Below are positions 1-8,044 of a stretch of DNA of 64,000 nucleotides, one piece after another. Position numbers and translations under genes: made by a program. This DNA is from a virus: the IMG/VR virus record IMGVR_UViG_3300042879_003994, positions 9,793-73,792 of that record. One strand, written 5' to 3'. The notes below the pieces were generated by a model. The model was not told the DNA's origin. It did no database searches and saw nothing but the letters and a program-made list of their open reading frames with translations. Each line of letters starts with the position of its first letter. Positions within the stretch are counted from its first letter, which is position 1.

Positions 1-229
1 CATTAATAACACAATTAGGTCCAATAACGCTAAGTTTATTTTGAAAAACTCCGCATGGGATAATATGAGTTTTATATTTCTTATCTCCTAAGTATACAGT
101 ATGCCCTGCATTTGGTCCACCATTCCAACGGCAAACTATATCGTAATTTCTGCTAATAGCATTACTTATCTTGCCCTTACCTTCATCACCCCAAGCTAGG
201 CCAAATATAATATCTACTGAGTTTATCAT
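1..229 (-). CDS. purA: Adenylosuccinate synthetase, N-terminal part (runs off window start; not in ORF track)
   Basis: Manual translation MINSVDIIFGLAWGDEGKGKISNAISRNYDIVCRWNGGPNAGHTV... contains the PurA motifs GDEGKGK and GGxNAGHT. Confidence 0.95.
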   Translation of the reverse strand, partial: MINSVDIIFGLAWGDEGKGKISNAISRNYDIVCRWNGGPNAGHTVYLGDKKYKTHIIPCGVFQNKLSVIGPNCVIN

Positions 230-240
230 TAATTTATATT

Positions 241-269
241 ATTATAATCAAAGTATAGCTAAAATACAA
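241..269 (-). promoter_or_regulatory. sigma70-type promoter for purA
   Basis: TTGTAT-17nt-TATAAT on the minus strand, 11 nt before ATG 229. Confidence 0.6.
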
Positions 270-275
270 GTGTAA
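270..275 (+). promoter_or_regulatory. GTGTAA motif, putative phage late promoter
   Basis: 9 nt before ATG 285; the same motif recurs at similar spacing before many genes. Confidence 0.6.
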
Positions 276-284
276 ATTATCAAT

Positions 285-1250
285 ATGTTTAAATATATAT
301 TAGGATTTTCAGCATTCATATTAGCGTCTTGTGCGGCTTTCTTTTCTGTGAAAGGAATAGCTCTTCTTTTCGCTGCAAGTTTCTGGAGCGTGGCAGTAAT
401 GGCTGGTAGCCTTGAACTTGCTAAATTAATATCTGCTAGTTATCTTTATCGTTATTGGAAAGATATAAATAAAATTCTTAAAAACTATATGTTAGCCGCG
501 ACTATTCTGCTTATGGGCATTACTAGTCTTGGTATATTCGGTTTTCTTTCGGATGCATTTCAAAGAAATTTCTCGCAATATAGTTTAAACTTATCAAAAA
601 TTAATAGTCTAAAATCTCAACAAACTTTTTTAACTTCTCAAATAGAATTTAATAAAAATAAATTAAAAGACTTAATAGAACTTCAAAAAACATATCAATC
701 ATCTTTAGACAATGCAGTAAAGCAAGATGTAACAACTACCAAAACTACTAGTGGTGGGTTATTTAGTAGTGGTCAAACTGAAAAAGTCACAGATATAAGA
801 TTAGTAGAAAGTCGAAATAAAATAGTAGAAGGATCTCAGCAAAATATTAATAATCTATTTTCACAAATATCTACTGTTACTACTGATCTTCAAAATCTAG
901 AGAAACAATCTTCTGAAAATGCTCAGACCATTATTCAGCTAGAAAGCGATAATACAAAGGGTGAGATAGGTACATTTAAATTTGTGGCAGAGGCTTTTGG
1001 TATGAATATAGAAACCGCTGTGAGAATATTTATTATATTGATAGTGATTGTGTTTGATCCATTAGCAGTTTGTCTTGTAATAGCTTACAACTCTTTAAAT
1101 AAAAAAGAATATAAAATAGAACCAAAAGAAATAATAAAAGAACAACAAATAGAAAAACCAATAGAAAAATTAAAAATTATATATAGAGACTTTAAAAGAG
1201 GAACGAAGGTAAAACATAATCCAGACTTTGCAGATCCTAATCTAAATTAG
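285..1250 (+). CDS. Membrane protein with long coiled coil (three N-terminal TM helices, one C-terminal TM)
   Basis: Hydrophobic N-terminal segments, Q/K/E/N-rich heptad middle, hydrophobic IFIILIVIVFDPLAV near the C-terminus. Confidence 0.75.
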   Translation: MFKYILGFSAFILASCAAFFSVKGIALLFAASFWSVAVMAGSLELAKLISASYLYRYWKDINKILKNYMLAATILLMGITSLGIFGFLSDAFQRNFSQYSLNLSKINSLKSQQTFLTSQIEFNKNKLKDLIELQKTYQSSLDNAVKQDVTTTKTTSGGLFSSGQTEKVTDIRLVESRNKIVEGSQQNINNLFSQISTVTTDLQNLEKQSSENAQTIIQLESDNTKGEIGTFKFVAEAFGMNIETAVRIFIILIVIVFDPLAVCLVIAYNSLNKKEYKIEPKEIIKEQQIEKPIEKLKIIYRDFKRGTKVKHNPDFADPNLN

Positions 1251-1255
1251 TGTAA
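1250..1255 (+). promoter_or_regulatory. GTGTAA motif, putative late promoter
   Basis: 8 nt before ATG 1264. Confidence 0.6.
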
Positions 1256-1263
1256 TACTCTCT

Positions 1264-2430
1264 ATGGCTAACTTATGCTCATCAAGTCAACTAAATGGTT
1301 GTGCTAATTGTGGATCAAATTTATCTTTATTCGCTATAAGTACAAGTGTTTCTCAGGCTAAATTTGGATATGCGTGTTTGGATGAAAGCGCTGGTGGCCC
1401 ATTTCTTGCTACTTCTACTAGTTCTAATCTAAACAGCCAAGGTATAGAAACTCTTATCTGTGGCGCAGATAATACACTTTGCTCATACTCCTTCTCATCT
1501 CGTTTAAATTATGGAGTAGATAGTTATGGTCAAATATTTATAGGAACAAACAGTAGTTTACTTTACTCGTATAATAGTTATTTTAAAGATGGATGTGGTT
1601 CTTGTTCTCCACCAAACGAATCTTTTAGTACAGACAATTACTCTAGCCAGACTATTTCTAAAAGAAATGCCTGTGAAGAAGATAAAACAACGTCTTCAGA
1701 TCCATTTGGACCACCCAATCTTTGCATGGTTCCTTGCGATAGCCCAGGATGCTCTAATTCATATTCATGTGAAAAAGTAATCAATACAGACTCTGATAGT
1801 ACTAATTTTGATGGCATATTTACACCTACTCCTCCATGTACTGATTGTGATGGCAATCCTATAATATGTCCACCTCCATTTGGTTATTCTGTAACATCTA
1901 ATTTATCTGCAAATATTATCCAATCCGTATCAAATATCTGCACCTTATCTCTCGTTTACGGCCTTTGTAAATCTTCAGCAGAAGTAAAAATTTCTCTTCT
2001 AGAATCTAACGGACCTCAAGATTGTCAAAACGGAAAATGTGGAGATGGAAAAAAAGACGATTGCTGGGGAAGTGCTTCGCCCTTTTCAATAGTTGATAAT
2101 AATCTTGACGATCCTAACGCAAATTCTACGACATCTCAGAAACTAAAGTTTAAAATTGCTGCTCCTAAAGAAGGTTTCGATAAAAAATATAAAAGTATCT
2201 CTGGAAGAGTTATTCTTTATTATGGTGGAACTGAAGGAAAGACTCCTTGCTGTGATGATGATTTTGATGGTACTGTAGTAGGAGAAAATTCATACTCAAT
2301 TTCAGCTGGACAAACATTTAAAGATGATTACTTTGCTGCTAATTGCGGAGCCTTTGATAACGATGATCAAAGTTCGGTAGGCGAAACTATAAATATTTGT
2401 TATACTATTGATAGAATAACATTTATTTAA
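1264..2430 (+). CDS. Cys/Ser-rich hypothetical protein, probably virion-associated; paralog of 44135..45271
   Basis: 25 Cys in 388 aa; C-terminal ~150 aa highly similar to the paralog; GTGTAA upstream. Confidence 0.75.
   Translation: MANLCSSSQLNGCANCGSNLSLFAISTSVSQAKFGYACLDESAGGPFLATSTSSNLNSQGIETLICGADNTLCSYSFSSRLNYGVDSYGQIFIGTNSSLLYSYNSYFKDGCGSCSPPNESFSTDNYSSQTISKRNACEEDKTTSSDPFGPPNLCMVPCDSPGCSNSYSCEKVINTDSDSTNFDGIFTPTPPCTDCDGNPIICPPPFGYSVTSNLSANIIQSVSNICTLSLVYGLCKSSAEVKISLLESNGPQDCQNGKCGDGKKDDCWGSASPFSIVDNNLDDPNANSTTSQKLKFKIAAPKEGFDKKYKSISGRVILYYGGTEGKTPCCDDDFDGTVVGENSYSISAGQTFKDDYFAANCGAFDNDDQSSVGETINICYTIDRITFI
2044..2159 (+). repeat. 116-bp perfect inverted repeat, copy 1 (partner 44406..44521)
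   Basis: GATGGAAAAAAAGACG...TAAAATTGC is identical to the reverse complement of 44406..44521. Confidence 0.9.
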
Positions 2431-2618
2431 TATTTCTTAATTTTATAGTTTTTATTAGAAGGATCTATCTTAAGGATGTGAGCTTTAGCTTTAGATAATC
2501 CCTCTTTTGATGGAGGAAATACTCCATAAAGAAAATTATCATTTTTACTAAAAATAGCGTAGTACTTATGTTTTAGTTTCTTCTGATTCTGATTTTTTGT
2601 CTTGGTTTTCTTTTTCAT
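2427..2618 (-). CDS. Small basic hypothetical protein
   Basis: 63-aa Lys-rich ORF; its stop overlaps the convergent gene (TTAA). Confidence 0.6.
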   Translation of the reverse strand: MKKKTKTKNQNQKKLKHKYYAIFSKNDNFLYGVFPPSKEGLSKAKAHILKIDPSNKNYKIKKY

Positions 2619-2829
2619 TTACTAATTTCATTAGATGTTCTTTTAAAGCGTCTCTAGCTTTATCGCAAAAATCTTGTCCCATTTGACCACAGCAATTTTT
2701 AAACTTTTTACCGGTATATGGACAAACTGTATTCCTTGGTATCTTAGGATATATTCTGACTATAGGACTAAATTCTGTAGCCCTAGCATATTCTATTGAA
2801 GTTAGTTTATCTACATTTTCTTTATCCAT
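2566..2829 (-). CDS. SEC-C (SecA metal-binding motif)-like protein
   Basis: IPRNTVCPYTGKKFKNCCG resembles the SEC-C motif GRNxxCPCGSGKKYKxCC; TTGATT-16-TATAAT upstream. Confidence 0.7.
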   Translation of the reverse strand: MDKENVDKLTSIEYARATEFSPIVRIYPKIPRNTVCPYTGKKFKNCCGQMGQDFCDKARDALKEHLMKLVNEKENQDKKSESEETKT

Positions 2830-2858
2830 AATATATTATATGTTATTTATTGAGTAAA

Positions 2859-3971
2859 TCAAATTTTTCCATGAGCAAAGCCTTCATACATGCTATTGGG
2901 GCTATTCCTAACGGCTTGAATCTTGTTAAGCCATAAACCGCCCCTCATATCCTTAAGATCTCTAAAACCTAAATAGCTCATTGCGCTTCTTAGTCCATTG
3001 GCAAAATCATAAACAACGTCTTCTAAAGATTTGTTCTCTATAATAGGAATTAAGGTGTTGTCTCCTTCTACAAATAGATTCTTTTTTGTGCCATCATATA
3101 ATTCGTAATCTTCGACAACATCTCTGCTTGCCATACCTCTGTATTTCGCGAATGTCTTACCATCTTTCTCAATTATGTCTTGATCATCAACAACATCTGA
3201 TAGTCCGGCAAATATTCTACCGCATATAACCGCATCACACCCACTAGCTATAGCTTTAACAAGATCCTTTGGATATCTAATTCCACCATCAGTTAGTATA
3301 CTTGGTCTATTTGATGGGTCGGGTTCATTTGAATTAAACAAATCTACTTGAGATAGTTCCCAATTCCTAACGGCTTTCCAAGCGTAATAATTACCAGTTA
3401 AACTTGGACATCCTATCCCAGTTTTTACTTGAGTTAAACACATTGAACCTGGACCAATTAAGTGTCTAAATCCATCTGCTTTTAATGTAGCTAGTCTATA
3501 AACGCTTTGTTTTGTTAGTGTATTTCCAACGATGATATCTTGCTTAAATCCAGCGGTTTTATACCATCTTAGAAAATCTTCTACATTTTTAGCTAAACCA
3601 TTTGCTGTATCTAGAAAATATATATCTGTATATGTACTGGTTGCTCTAATCCTGTTGTCTGCGTCTTTTAAACCGATAGCTGTAACGCAAAAATCACTTT
3701 CATCTTTAATAATTTTTGATTTACTAGCTTGATCATCAATAGACATAAATCTATGTATTACGCCCGCTCCACCCAATTTATTAATCTTAATACAAGATTT
3801 TACAGATGAAACTGTATCCATTGGAGATAAGATAATTGGTATTTTTATCTGGTGATTTTTTGAAATCTTAGTCTTTGTGCTTACTTCTTTTCTTGAATTA
3901 ATATCTGAAAAGTTTGGTAAAAGGGAAATATCATCATAACTTAAGGCTTCTTTAAATTCTTGTTTTTGCAT
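2859..3971 (-). CDS. IMPDH/GMP reductase family enzyme without CBS domains; more likely GMP reductase
   Basis: SPMDTV, catalytic IGPGSMCLT loop, DGGI and YRGMAS; the flap lacks the IMPDH Arg-Tyr and ends LFVEG. Confidence 0.85.
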   Translation of the reverse strand: MQKQEFKEALSYDDISLLPNFSDINSRKEVSTKTKISKNHQIKIPIILSPMDTVSSVKSCIKINKLGGAGVIHRFMSIDDQASKSKIIKDESDFCVTAIGLKDADNRIRATSTYTDIYFLDTANGLAKNVEDFLRWYKTAGFKQDIIVGNTLTKQSVYRLATLKADGFRHLIGPGSMCLTQVKTGIGCPSLTGNYYAWKAVRNWELSQVDLFNSNEPDPSNRPSILTDGGIRYPKDLVKAIASGCDAVICGRIFAGLSDVVDDQDIIEKDGKTFAKYRGMASRDVVEDYELYDGTKKNLFVEGDNTLIPIIENKSLEDVVYDFANGLRSAMSYLGFRDLKDMRGGLWLNKIQAVRNSPNSMYEGFAHGKI

Positions 3972-3977
3972 TTAAGT

Positions 3978-4043
3978 ATAGTATTAAAATTTTTCAAAAA
4001 AATCAAGCCAAATCTTGACTCTAGTATAAAAAAGATATATAAT
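3978..4043. promoter_or_regulatory. Divergent sigma70-type promoter pair
   Basis: Minus: TTGATT(4006-4001)-17-TACTAT(3983-3978), 6 nt before ATG 3971. Plus: TTGACT(4015-4020)-17-TATAAT(4038-4043), 6 nt before ATG 4050. Confidence 0.75.
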
Positions 4044-4049
4044 ACTTAA

Positions 4050-4124
4050 ATGGTCGAAACATTTATATGTGTTATATTAGGGTTCATGCTTTTAGCGTAT
4101 TGGCAATATAAAGATGCAAAATAA
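4050..4124 (+). CDS. 24-aa single-pass membrane peptide (not in ORF track)
   Basis: MVETFICVILGFMLLAYWQYKDAK*; ATG sits at the predicted +1 of a near-consensus promoter; overlaps the next start. Confidence 0.55.
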   Translation: MVETFICVILGFMLLAYWQYKDAK

Positions 4125-4530
4125 TAGAATCTCATTTATCGAAGCAGCAATGCTGACGGCTACTATTTGGTCTAATAGATCAGAAGACTTACATAAAAAA
4201 GTAGGAGCGTGTATCTTAAATGAAGAAGGCAGAGTGTTATCCGTAGGATACAATGGTCTAACTTCAAAATTAAATAAAGATATTTCTTTTTGGGAAAATA
4301 GAGATAATAGACGCGATTATGTCATTCATGCCGAAGTGAATGCTTTGGCTTTAATAAAAAAACAAGACAATCCATACTTAATTGCCACAACTCTTCTTCC
4401 TTGCTCTCATTGTGCGACTAATATAGCTTGCTATAATATTAAAAAGGTAGTATATACTGAAGAATATGAAAAAGATCAAAAAGCTAAGGAAATATTTAAA
4501 TTCTATAATATAGAACTAATAAAAATATGA
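4114..4530 (+). CDS. dCMP deaminase
   Basis: KVGA, GYNG, HAE and PCSHC zinc motifs. Confidence 0.9.
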   Translation: MQNNRISFIEAAMLTATIWSNRSEDLHKKVGACILNEEGRVLSVGYNGLTSKLNKDISFWENRDNRRDYVIHAEVNALALIKKQDNPYLIATTLLPCSHCATNIACYNIKKVVYTEEYEKDQKAKEIFKFYNIELIKI

Positions 4531-5015
4531 AATATATTTTCATCTCTATTTTACTTTTAAACGCTAATCTATATTCTCAATCTGGTCAGATATATGAAAC
4601 ATATAAGACAAAGGTTGATTCTACTGACGAGTCTCACGGAACTATTTTTCCGAAGCCATTCCAGACTTTCAATTATATAAAAACGCACAGGGGCATTGAG
4701 TTGTATGAGACGTATAAAACCACAACTGGTTCCACAAATGAATCTAAGGGTACTATTTTTTCAAAGCCATTCCCTAAATACATAATAATTGAAAATAAAA
4801 TATACGAAACATATAATAATAAGTCTTACAAGACAAACGAATCTCATGGAACAATATTTACTAAACCATTTGAGTCTAGCCAAATATTAGAAGATGTAGA
4901 TATATCTAAGTTTAAAACAAAAAATAAAGAGGATATAAAAATTACTTACCAAGTTAAATTTAAGGAAACACTTCCGAAATATAATGGTGAAGGAGACATA
5001 ACTTATGGAGAATAA
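4527..5015 (+). CDS. Exported protein with three YETY...ES(H/K)GTIFxKPF repeats
   Basis: Signal-peptide-like MKYIFISILLLNANLYSQ followed by three ~28-aa repeats. Confidence 0.7.
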   Translation: MKYIFISILLLNANLYSQSGQIYETYKTKVDSTDESHGTIFPKPFQTFNYIKTHRGIELYETYKTTTGSTNESKGTIFSKPFPKYIIIENKIYETYNNKSYKTNESHGTIFTKPFESSQILEDVDISKFKTKNKEDIKITYQVKFKETLPKYNGEGDITYGE

Positions 5016-5604
5016 TATGATTGGATTAACTGGAGTAGCAAGATCTGGAAAAGACACTTTCTACGCCATCTTAAAAAGATACCTAAAAGAGAAGAATATA
5101 GATTCTCAAAGAATAGCCTTAGCTGATAACCTAAAATATGAATTAGGAGATTTTGTTAAAGAAAAATTTAAGATAGATCTAAATAAATGTGATGGGTCTG
5201 ATAAAGAACTAATAAGACCACTAATGGTTGCTTATGGAAAATGCAGGAGAGTTCAAACCGAAGGCAAATATTGGACATCATTAGTTGAAGCGAAAATAAA
5301 AGAATTAAATAAAAATAATATACTTCCAATTATTACCGACATCAGATATATTGAATACAAAGAAGATGAATATTCTTGGCTTAAAAGCCATAATGGTATC
5401 TTGGTGCATATATCAAGAAAACTAGATGATGGAAGTTTAATTCCGCCAGCGAATATTGAAGAGAAATCTAATGACAATAAATTAAAAGCTGTTGCAGATT
5501 ATTCTATATCTTGGGAAACTTGTCAAGATGTTAATTTTCTTTACGAGTTGATGCAAAAAAATTTAAAAAATATATACGAGAAATTTCTGGAGAATAAAAA
5601 ATAA
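5005..5604 (+). CDS. Deoxynucleoside monophosphate kinase
   Basis: IGLTGVARSGKDT P-loop, ALADxLK and ITDIRY..E typical of phage dNMP kinases. Confidence 0.8.
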   Translation: MENNMIGLTGVARSGKDTFYAILKRYLKEKNIDSQRIALADNLKYELGDFVKEKFKIDLNKCDGSDKELIRPLMVAYGKCRRVQTEGKYWTSLVEAKIKELNKNNILPIITDIRYIEYKEDEYSWLKSHNGILVHISRKLDDGSLIPPANIEEKSNDNKLKAVADYSISWETCQDVNFLYELMQKNLKNIYEKFLENKK

Positions 5605-5606
5605 TT

Positions 5607-6200
5607 ATGAATATAACATTAGACGACAATACATTAGTAAAAAATGTTCAAGAGAAAAATGATGAAGAAGCATTAAAAATGCTTATAGACCGTCATTCTG
5701 CTCTTTGTAATTCATTATATAAGAAATATTCTAATTCTATGATTAATTCTGGAGTACATCTTCAAGATGTGGTTGATCAAAAGGATTACATCGTATATAA
5801 ATCTGCAATGTCTTTTGATCCTTGCAAAAACTCAAAGTTTTCAACTTGGCTATATAATCAAGTAAGATATCAGTGTTTAAATTGTATTAATGAAAACTCT
5901 CATTATTTAACCTTAGAGGCAGATAAATTAAACTATCTAGTAGAAAAATATAATTCACCAGAAAAAGAATACAAGAATATTAATGATTATATATTTAATA
6001 TAATTGATTCTTGCTCTGATCAAAGAGTTAAAAATATATTTGAAATGAGATATTCCAATAATTCAAGCAAAAAAATGCCTTGGAATAAGATAGCTAAAAA
6101 ATTAAAAATAAGCACACAAACTGCAATAAATATACACAATAAGGCATTAAAGCTATTAAAGAATAAAATTGAAAGTAAAAATTGTTTTGACAAAATATAA
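5607..6200 (+). CDS. Phage sigma70-family sigma factor
   Basis: Region 2 (SFDPCKNSKFSTWLYNQVRY) and region 4 HTH (WNKIAKKLKISTQTAINIHNKALKLLK). Confidence 0.85.
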   Translation: MNITLDDNTLVKNVQEKNDEEALKMLIDRHSALCNSLYKKYSNSMINSGVHLQDVVDQKDYIVYKSAMSFDPCKNSKFSTWLYNQVRYQCLNCINENSHYLTLEADKLNYLVEKYNSPEKEYKNINDYIFNIIDSCSDQRVKNIFEMRYSNNSSKKMPWNKIAKKLKISTQTAINIHNKALKLLKNKIESKNCFDKI

Positions 6201-6215
6201 TATAAGTCATACAAT
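6187..6215 (+). promoter_or_regulatory. sigma70-type promoter
   Basis: TTGACA-17-TACAAT, 9 nt before ATG 6225. Confidence 0.75.
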
Positions 6216-6224
6216 ATTAAAATT

Positions 6225-6539
6225 ATGAATAACAACAATCAAAACCAACAAAATAAGAATCAAGAGCTAGGCGCTCTATGGAAGAAAAAAAGCAAAACTG
6301 GAATGTCATTTCTATCTGGATATATCAACGATAATGATGGTCAAAGAATTGACGTTGTAGTATTTGCTAATGGCAATAAGAAAAATGAAAAGGCTCCAGA
6401 TTATAGACTTTACATTTCTAAACCGTTAGAAAATAGACAGGCTAATTCTACGCCTACTCGTCAATCTGCCACAAAGCAAGTAACCCCACAAAAGAAAGTA
6501 GTTCAACAAGTTCAAGAAGACGAAGACGATATTCTATGA
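6225..6539 (+). CDS. DUF736-like small protein, possible ssDNA-binding protein
   Basis: GALWKKKSKTG..FLSG..., KAPDYRL and an acidic tail EDEDDIL. Confidence 0.6.
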   Translation: MNNNNQNQQNKNQELGALWKKKSKTGMSFLSGYINDNDGQRIDVVVFANGNKKNEKAPDYRLYISKPLENRQANSTPTRQSATKQVTPQKKVVQQVQEDEDDIL

Positions 6540-7621
6540 GTTTAAGTTTCAATTTGCCCATTAACACTGTAAGTTTTGGACAAATCTCTACTTTAATTCT
6601 TAGAGAATTATTTGCTTTAGATAAAAATATCAATCTGTTACCGATAGGTAATCCAGATCTATCAACTCAATCTGATATAACTCCCCAATTTGGGGAATGG
6701 TTGCAGAAAAATATCAACCAAGCACTAGTTAATTATTCTAGAGAAGATAAGATATTTAAGCTATGGCATATCAATGGCTCTTTTGAGAGTTACTCAAATA
6801 AACAAATTCTTCTTAGTTTTTACGAACTAGACCAGCCTACTAAGGTTGAATTAAATACAATAAGAAATAATTATAAAGTTCTATTCTCTTGTAAAGAGAC
6901 TGTTGATCTATATAATAATCTTGGATGTAAAAATGTAGAGTATATTCCTCTTGCGTTTGATAAATACAATTTTACTAGAATTGATAAGACATATTTTACT
7001 GATGATAGAATAGTGTTTAACCTTGTAGGAAAGTTAGAAAAAAGAAAGCATCATTTGAAAGTTTTACAGCTATGGGCTAATAAGTTTGGTAATAATAGAA
7101 AATACGCATTACAATGCTCTATCTTTAATCCTTTTATGAAGCCAGAAGATCAAAACTCTTTGGTGTCTCAAGCTTTAAATGGTAAAAGTTATTTTAATAT
7201 TAATTTTCTCCCATTCATGGGTCAAAATAAAATTTATAATGATTTTCTCAATAGCAGTCATATTGTTATTGGTATGAGTGGTGGTGAAGGCTGGGGATTA
7301 CCAGAATTTCATTCTGTAGCTATGGGTAAACATGCTGTATTAATGAATGCTCATGGATATAAATCTTGGGCTAATAAAGATAATAGCGTATTAATTAATC
7401 CAAGTTCTAAAATTGAAGCTTATGATGGTATCTTTTTTCATAAGGGACTCCCATACAATCAAGGAAATATCTATGATTTTAATCCAGATGACTTTATTTC
7501 TGCATGCGAAGAAGCTATCAAAAGGGTAGAAAATAATAAAGTTAATAAAAATGGTTTAGAATTACAAAATACTTTTTCTTCTGAAAAGTTATTTAAAAAT
7601 ATAATATCTCATTTAGAATAG
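6536..7621 (+). CDS. GT-B (GT4-like) glycosyltransferase
   Basis: VGKLEKRKH and EGWGLPEFHSVAMGK nucleotide-sugar-binding motifs. Confidence 0.8.
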   Translation: MSLSFNLPINTVSFGQISTLILRELFALDKNINLLPIGNPDLSTQSDITPQFGEWLQKNINQALVNYSREDKIFKLWHINGSFESYSNKQILLSFYELDQPTKVELNTIRNNYKVLFSCKETVDLYNNLGCKNVEYIPLAFDKYNFTRIDKTYFTDDRIVFNLVGKLEKRKHHLKVLQLWANKFGNNRKYALQCSIFNPFMKPEDQNSLVSQALNGKSYFNINFLPFMGQNKIYNDFLNSSHIVIGMSGGEGWGLPEFHSVAMGKHAVLMNAHGYKSWANKDNSVLINPSSKIEAYDGIFFHKGLPYNQGNIYDFNPDDFISACEEAIKRVENNKVNKNGLELQNTFSSEKLFKNIISHLE

Positions 7622-7623
7622 AT

Positions 7624-7974
7624 ATGCCTCTGTATACTTATATAAATCCAGAAACAGAAGAAACTATAGATGTAATTCAATCTGTTCATGATCAGCATGT
7701 TTATATTGATGAAAATGGATTAGAATGGAAAAGAGTTTTTACTGTACCAGAAGTTAATACGCAAGGTTCATTAAAAGCTGATTGTTCTCCTAGAGAGTTT
7801 TCTGAATTTACTAAAAATAAAAAAGGAACTCTTGGAGATATGTTTGATCGTAGCTCAGAGCTTTCTGAAAAAAGAAAGAAGCTTTATGGTAAAGATCCTG
7901 TGAAAGAAAAATATTTTAATGATTGGTCAAAAAAACGCAAAGGAAAGATACACCCAAAAAGTAAGTCGGATTAA
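7624..7974 (+). CDS. FmdB-like small protein lacking the Cys ligands
   Basis: MPLYTY start and KRVFTVP typical of the FmdB zinc-ribbon family, but no CxxC pairs. Confidence 0.55.
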   Translation: MPLYTYINPETEETIDVIQSVHDQHVYIDENGLEWKRVFTVPEVNTQGSLKADCSPREFSEFTKNKKGTLGDMFDRSSELSEKRKKLYGKDPVKEKYFNDWSKKRKGKIHPKSKSD

Positions 7975-8044
7975 TTTGTTTATAACTTCTTGTTTTTTTC
8001 TTTTTTAATTCTAAAAACTAATGTAATATTATACTCATAGTGTT

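Noticed and set aside
1-229. purZ (2-aminoadenine, Z-genome pathway)
   Set aside because: The motif is GDEGKGK with the PurA catalytic Asp, not the Ser of PurZ; no datZ or mazZ partners seen in the window
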